A DNA stretch of 64,000 bases from contig CM022679.1 in NCBI GenBank assembly GCA_012295275.1, positions 30,070,001 through 30,134,000 of the forward strand, given 5' to 3'. The DNA comes from Chrysomallon squamiferum. Its lineage: Eukaryota; Animalia; Mollusca. Below, one piece after another: positions 57,521 through 64,000 of the stretch. Positions within the stretch are counted from its first letter, which is position 1. Each line of letters starts with the position of its first letter. The notes below the pieces were generated by a model, which searched no databases, was not told the DNA's origin, and saw only the letters and a list, made by a program, of their open reading frames with translations. The position numbers were made by a program, and so were the translations under genes.

Positions 57521-59046
57521 TGTTTTAAAAAAAAATAAATCAAAAACTTCCTCAGTATCATAAACATAAAACTAATTTACGATATTCTTACAAGATAATT
57601 AAGTTTAAAATAAAGTTTAAAATAAAACTGCATTATTGTTCATGATCAGTTATCTCCCTTCTCTTTAACGGATGTTATGGAACGCTCAACGCTAACGTCA
57701 TCACCCTAAAAAAAGGAATAAAAATAAATAAGTAAATGAATAAAATTTAATTTAATTATCAGTCACGCAAAAATCTAATAAAATTCTTTACCACAATTTA
57801 TGCAAATTGTATTAACTAATTTCTGGAGATATAAAATATTTTTCCTACGGTATTATTATTTTTAATATTCGCAAAATATATATTTTAAACAAATTACATT
57901 AACCTTTGGAGACCAGCACAATTGCATTATAAATAATTGTAATGGAATGGTCCGAAATAGGCAAAAAAATTTGGATTGAACAAAGAATTTTCTCATTCTA
58001 AGTTATCGAGAGGGTTACCAACAAGATGGTGACCTTGAAAAATAAAATAAAATGAGTAAACCGAATTACCAGTAAACGTTAAAAAAGTACTCGTTATTTT
58101 TTGAGACGTTGGAGGTGAAAGAAATGTTCTAATTTTAGAGTGATCAATAAAATCGCATAAAAGTCGAAATAACAATTTTCATGTGTGGTTTATTAATGGC
58201 AGTTACTGCTCTCTTCTCTCTCTCTCTCTCTCTTCACGTTCGCGTTCATGTAAGTTTTCTAATTGGCAAGATAAGCCGAAAGTGTGACGACAGAGTGGTT
58301 TTTTTCATCTGTTATTTTAAAATGTAATATTAATAATAAAGCACATTTAAATATGAAAGCTGAAATTAATGTTAAAACTGACAAGATGAATAAATGGTTT
58401 GTTGTTCTAAATCTTCTCAAAAAGATTAAGATTTTTTTAAGTCTGATTAGTAGAAAATAAAAATAATAGTTATTATTAGTTTATTACTTGGAGAATGTGG
58501 AAATAATTAAATAAAGCTTAGTTCTTTGTTATAAAAAATATAATTAAGCCATCACCAGTGAATTAAACACAGATGAGAAAGAAAAAACAACTTTTATAAT
58601 GATTATATATTTATAACATTTTTACAAAAAACAAAAGAAACAGCTAGATTAAATATATATTCATATTAATACACATAGTAATACAGAGATAAATAAACTG
58701 AAAATGTTTTCCAGTGTATGTGTATATGCACATACGTGTGTGTGTATGTGTAAATTTTTTGGTTTATATAAAATTACACAAGTGTGTTACAAGAAATAAT
58801 CCATCAGTTTTGTTAAATACAAATAAACTGTCAAACAGATTAAGTGAAATATGGTCCCTGATTATTTGAACAATACAGAAAGTAAACATGTACTGGGGAA
58901 AATAAATCCAAAATAGTTTGTTTATTAATTCATTAACGTTTTGTATTATAAATTATAAATTATTAATTTCGATATAGTTCAAATAAGCAAGAACCTTGAA
59001 ACAAACAGCAGTTAATGAAAAAATAATTTTATACATGCATACATGT

Positions 59047-59077
<31 letters not shown>

Positions 59078-60123
59078 AGGAATTCAGTAGATATACAGAA
59101 GTATGTATATGTAAAAAAAGCTATTAGATAGACATATAAAGAAGATATTATTAAATGATTAGACACAAAACGATATAATATAAATTATAATTAGCAATAT
59201 ATGTTAACAATGTAATTAATCAAATAAGCAATATATGTTAACATTGTAATTAACCACTAAAACAAAATGAATAAAGAAATAAATGAGAGAAAACTTCAGG
59301 TTATTATACGAATCTGACAAGATACCATTATTTGAAAATAAAATCATGAAGAAACCAGCATTACTCACTGGTTGTTGACCCAGTTACATCAGATTTTTGC
59401 TTTTTATTTTCATAATTTTTCTAAAATTAAAACAATGAAAATAAATGAAAACAAAACAGAATTTTATTTCTACATTAATTCAGTGCTGCTTACCTGCAAA
59501 GATTCTTTTTACTTCCAATATACATGAAAAATGTTTATCCAAAATGTTTAATAAACATCTTACAATTTTTATATACATTCAACTTTTCACATATCAAATT
59601 GCAAAGATGTTCATAATTTTTACAAATCATAAAAAACTATATTCAAATTTTATTTTCATTTATGATCATTTTTTAAAGGCAGCAAATTTAATTAAATATG
59701 AATTATTTAAAATACAAAATTTGAGCAATAATCATTTAGAATTATGTCGGAGTTGATATGAATTAATTCAAAACATACCATTACATTTATTATTGCACCA
59801 TTTGGCATGTAATTCACTAATACATCTAGAACAAATTAAGGAAAACATATTTTTAAAGGTTTGACACAGAAACATTTGAAATGTTTAAACAACCTGATAT
59901 GTACTGTCAACATTTAACTAAAAAACATTTCACACTATTAAACTGATATTCTAAAGTTTGTTTACATGTCAAAATTATATTTATTGATTACTCCAATCAT
60001 TTAGCTATTTGGAAATTCAAACTATTATAGAAATCAAGAAATAAAACATGATTACAAATTACATTTTGTAAAAATAAATAAAATAAATAAAATAATAAAT
60101 AAAGAAAGAAAGAAAGAAAGAAA

Positions 60124-60199
<76 letters not shown>

Positions 60200-62373
60200 C
60201 AAATTTTAAAATGATATTTACCCAATTAGTAAATTAAGTATCATTAGCCAAGGCAAACTTGGGTTGCTAATGTTGAACATTTCTATAATCACACTGACAT
60301 AACCAGAGTTTTTCAAATATCCTGCTTTAGTCACATGATATGGTCAATCATGTCATAGTAATATTCAAAAACAAATAAAATATTAAAGGTAGTGCAATTA
60401 TTTCAGTATGGGAAAAATGAAGACTGTCTATGAATAGTACATTATGTGATGTTTACAAATTTGACTAATCTTTTATTTATTTATAAACTTAAGGCACTTC
60501 ATTAAAGCCTGTAATAAAATGTATTGTAACTTTGAATTTCTGTTGCAAAGAATAATTACTTTAATTTAGTAAAATAAAATTTAAAAATTTAAAAAACAAA
60601 TGAATTAAACAATAAATTTTAATTTTAATGGATGCATACATCTATCTTGCTCTGTAAAAGAATGGCTTCCAATATTTTTTTATTTTTTTATTTTTTTTTA
60701 GATAATAATAATAATAAAACCTTTAAATTATTCCAAAGTTTTCAATTTATTTATTCCCAATAGAGCATTATTAATCAACAAAAACATAATCAAAAGACAT
60801 GTTGCATATATGCAAGACAATGGACTTTGTATCTGAAATACAGGTTCCTTTTTTATAATACACATTTACAATAACACAGAAGAAAGAGTAAATGTATGGT
60901 ATATAATATATTATTAATATACTTATTATTATATAAAAAAGACAAAAACATGAGAATCAGAAAATCAGTTTATACATAAATTTGACAGAAGTGTGTGTAT
61001 ATATATATATATATAACAATGAAAAAATGTTAATCCAAACTTTTTAAATTTTTAAATTTATATTATGAAAATAATTTTTACTTCATTAAGGTCCTCCTTA
61101 ATGAGTCTTAGAAATCCAGGTCTACAAGGATCATACTGGAGAAAAAAAATACTGAAAGAGAGCACTAAAAAGAATAAAAAATAAAAAATACTATCTATAT
61201 AAAACATTCATTTATTTAATTAAATTTTAACATACATAATGTACTAGTTATACCACCTAGATTAAACAGTAAAAATAAAAAATAAAAGATACAAATAAAT
61301 ATTTAATCAGAAATGGTGAGGGATGACAAATCAAAATATTAATTCAAAATACGTTGGTGGGTTTCTGTTTTATATTTAGAGTTTTTGATGTATAGATTAT
61401 TATTTTTATTATTTTTGTTGTTTATTTATTTACTGGTGAACAATCCACATAACATAATAATATTTATTAATTACATACAATATAACCTCCACATCAAAGA
61501 AGACAACATAGAAAAAAAAAAATAAATGTCAGACATGACATTATCTTAATATCAAAACAGAATTAATTCATTTTTAAAGTCCAGTTTCAAATTTTACAAA
61601 CAAAAAAAAACAGAACAAAAATGGCTACCTGCCAAAATACATGCAACCAGTCACAAAACATATTAAAAAACGCCCAACAAAGGGCAATATTTGAAAGTGA
61701 AAATTAACATGTGATACCAACATTCCACAAGGATTAAAAAAAAAAAAAAAAGCCAAGACGATTTACAATTTGTTAATTGGTCAATAATAAGCATTACAAA
61801 TGTATGAGAGATGCTTTTTGAGTGGATCATTCAGGATCAACCAGCCAATGGGAGAGTCTGTTACATCCAATCTAATTGTATATATAATCCATACTTATTT
61901 TGGCTATAATAACGTAATAATCAACCACTACCTGCTTTGAAACTACATATTAAGTTACTTAATATATCTTATAAAATTCAGAATTACAATTCTTAAAAAA
62001 ATAAGACACATTTTAGATCTTGCATTTATACCACTGTTATTTACATCAACCTCATTACTGATTTTTATTTTTTCACAATTGGGGGATTAAGGGGACATAA
62101 TTCTGCAGATATTTCATCTCAAAAGAGTCGCAATGGCAAAATAACACAATAACACAGAGGAAAGCACAAAAAATATTTTTAAATTATCTAACAACAAAGA
62201 TGACAAATTTACTTGTTAACAAAATGCCAGGTTCCTATTCAACTGAACACTCGTTAAATCTAAACTTTATTCAAAAATCAAAAACTTGATTATCTAGAAA
62301 CTACGTATAACATCTATGCTGGAAAAGCAAGGGCGTGTCATATATTAAGCTGGGAGGGTCAGTGTGGGGTATA

Positions 62374-62433
62374 TTATGGCACCCCACCAATCAAAGCCAT
62401 TATCATTCTCCTGTAGTCACCAGAAATGTCGTC
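62374..62433 (-). CDS. Annexin last coding exon (ANXA7/ANXA11-like)
   Basis: ttgcag|DDISGDYRRMIMALIGGVP-TAA; typical end of annexin repeat 4 (D(T/I)SGDYRR). Confidence 0.88.
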   Translation of the reverse strand, partial: DDISGDYRRMIMALIGGVP

Positions 62434-62634
62434 CTGCAAAGAAATACAAACAAGAAATAAAACACAAAACTAGACAAAAATGAGGTACCAGTGTATTTTA
62501 AAATTAGTGGCTGTTATGTGTTAAATGCCTGGAATTTGTTCTATAATAGCATTTTCATATATATATATATGATAATGAAACAACAGCATATACATATATC
62601 TGTGTGCAAATATGTGTCTTTGTTTGCAAATATA

Positions 62635-62674
<40 letters not shown>

Positions 62675-62941
62675 GGAGGGAGGGTTTCATGATGTCTACT
62701 TCTTTTTTAAGATTTATTCTTTTAATCACTTTTACTATTTATTAAATTAGATGATTTTGATTTTTTTTTACAAAGAAACTTAATAATAAAAGGTAGAGAA
62801 CATACAGACCAGACTCGATTCTATGAATTATAACAGTGTACTCAAATCATTGAACTCAAAAAATACATGAAAATAATAAAAAAAATCTGGTATTCAAGTT
62901 CCAAGAACATTGTAAAGAAAACAAAAACTGTACACACTTAC

Positions 62942-63056
62942 TCTGACAAATGATTCCAGTGTTTTGCAGGATCTCTTCATGAATTCTTGTTTGATCTGGA
63001 CCATGTCCACTTAAGGCAGAGAATACACAGATCAGAGTTCTGTCAGTTCCCATGCC
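62942..63056 (-). pseudogene. Annexin penultimate exon, frameshifted and decayed
   Basis: tttcag|GMGTDRTLICV.. then, in a shifted frame, TAA-VDMVQIKQEFMKRSCKTLESFVR|gtaagt; 115 nt (not a multiple of 3) versus 123 nt expected for this 41-aa annexin segment. Confidence 0.8.
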
Positions 63057-63610
63057 CTGAAACAATAAAAATATAAAAATTTAAAACAAGGAACACAGAA
63101 GAATACATATATATAATTAAAAATCAGTTACATTCTGTAAGTTCAAAATCAATTTTGTAAGGTTTTAATTACAAACAGTATACAGGTTCATCTTGTTTGA
63201 AATTCAAATGATTCCAGTTAAGAACTTTTTCTTACATATAAATTCTGTTTTCTTGTTGGTTCTGAACCATGTTTAGTCTACACAAACTTCATTTCATGCA
63301 GACTGGATTAAAATTATTATACATAGTATCTGCAGTTTGCCCTGAATCAAAAAAAATACAAAATTTTTAAAACACTTCATATAAGCTGCATGTGAAAAAT
63401 AAAGAGATTTCATTCTTAGGCTTCAATCATATTCTCTAATATCTCCTTTTATCTCAAAATCTTTAATTATTTTAAATGGGAGCCATTTCAAGCATTTCTG
63501 ATAAACTGTACTCATAATGTAACATTACTGGTATATAATATAAAATTTAATTAATTATAAATTATAGACAAAAGAGGATTTGATCATGTTTTTTTATTTA
63601 TTTTACAAAC

Positions 63611-63669
63611 CTTCATAGAATGGTAAAGTCGGTCAGCAAAATAGGCTGCTCTGTTCCGTACAACTTGAA
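63611..63669 (-). CDS. Annexin 59-nt exon (repeat 3/4 linker); gene continues beyond the window
   Basis: tttcag|(x)QVVRNRAAYFADRLYHSMK|gtttgt; classic annexin YFA.RL..SMKG motif. Confidence 0.9.
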
Positions 63670-64000
63670 CTGAAAATTTCAAAAACATTTTTAAAATCAG
63701 GTTTTAATTCCAAAGTGCAACTATTTTAGAGAAAAATACCATGCAAATACAACAAATATTTTCATAATTTAAAAAAAAAAAAGTTAGTATAAGAGTTATT
63801 TGGAAGTCAGATTTCAAACAACAAAGTGAATTTTAAAAAGCAAATCATCTTTTAAAACAGCTATTAAAAAAATTTTTTTTTTTTTTTTTTTCCAAAATTC
63901 TCTATTTACAATGTGGTCTCTACATTTAAAATTAAAAAAACAAATAAATACTCGAAAACCAAATAAGAAAAAAAAAAATCCATGAAAAAAATAAGAAAAA

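Overview
AT-rich, microsatellite-dense animal genomic DNA, most likely from an invertebrate and plausibly a mollusc (inference from gene sequences and repeat style). It is not prokaryotic, so almost all ORF-track entries are spurious. By reading splice sites by hand I assembled four spliced genes. (1) A complete 17-exon cGMP-dependent protein kinase I (PRKG1/foraging-like) on +, 1426-46728, 2055 nt/684 aa, with a PKG-I-beta-type leucine zipper. (2) A 4-coding-exon DPY30-domain gene (DYDC1/2-like, 167 aa) on -, 53514-51070. (3) A head-to-head 4-exon C4orf45/SPMIP2-like gene (129 aa) on +, 54894-56722, sharing a ~245 bp promoter with an RFX X-box-like site and two TCACGTGA boxes. (4) The last three exons of an annexin (ANXA7/11-like) on -, 63669-62374, whose penultimate exon is frameshifted and decayed while its neighbours are intact. 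Introns hold a TIR MITE (24460-24799), a ~700 bp fold-back element (33417-34120), minisatellites, SINE/LINE/P-element-like remnants and a dispersed ~130 bp duplication. No CRISPR, rRNA or convincing tRNA genes. I found no firmly supportable new biological system; the best leads are the disrupted annexin exon, the ciliary bidirectional gene pair, the conserved I-beta docking surface and the apparent ancient synteny.
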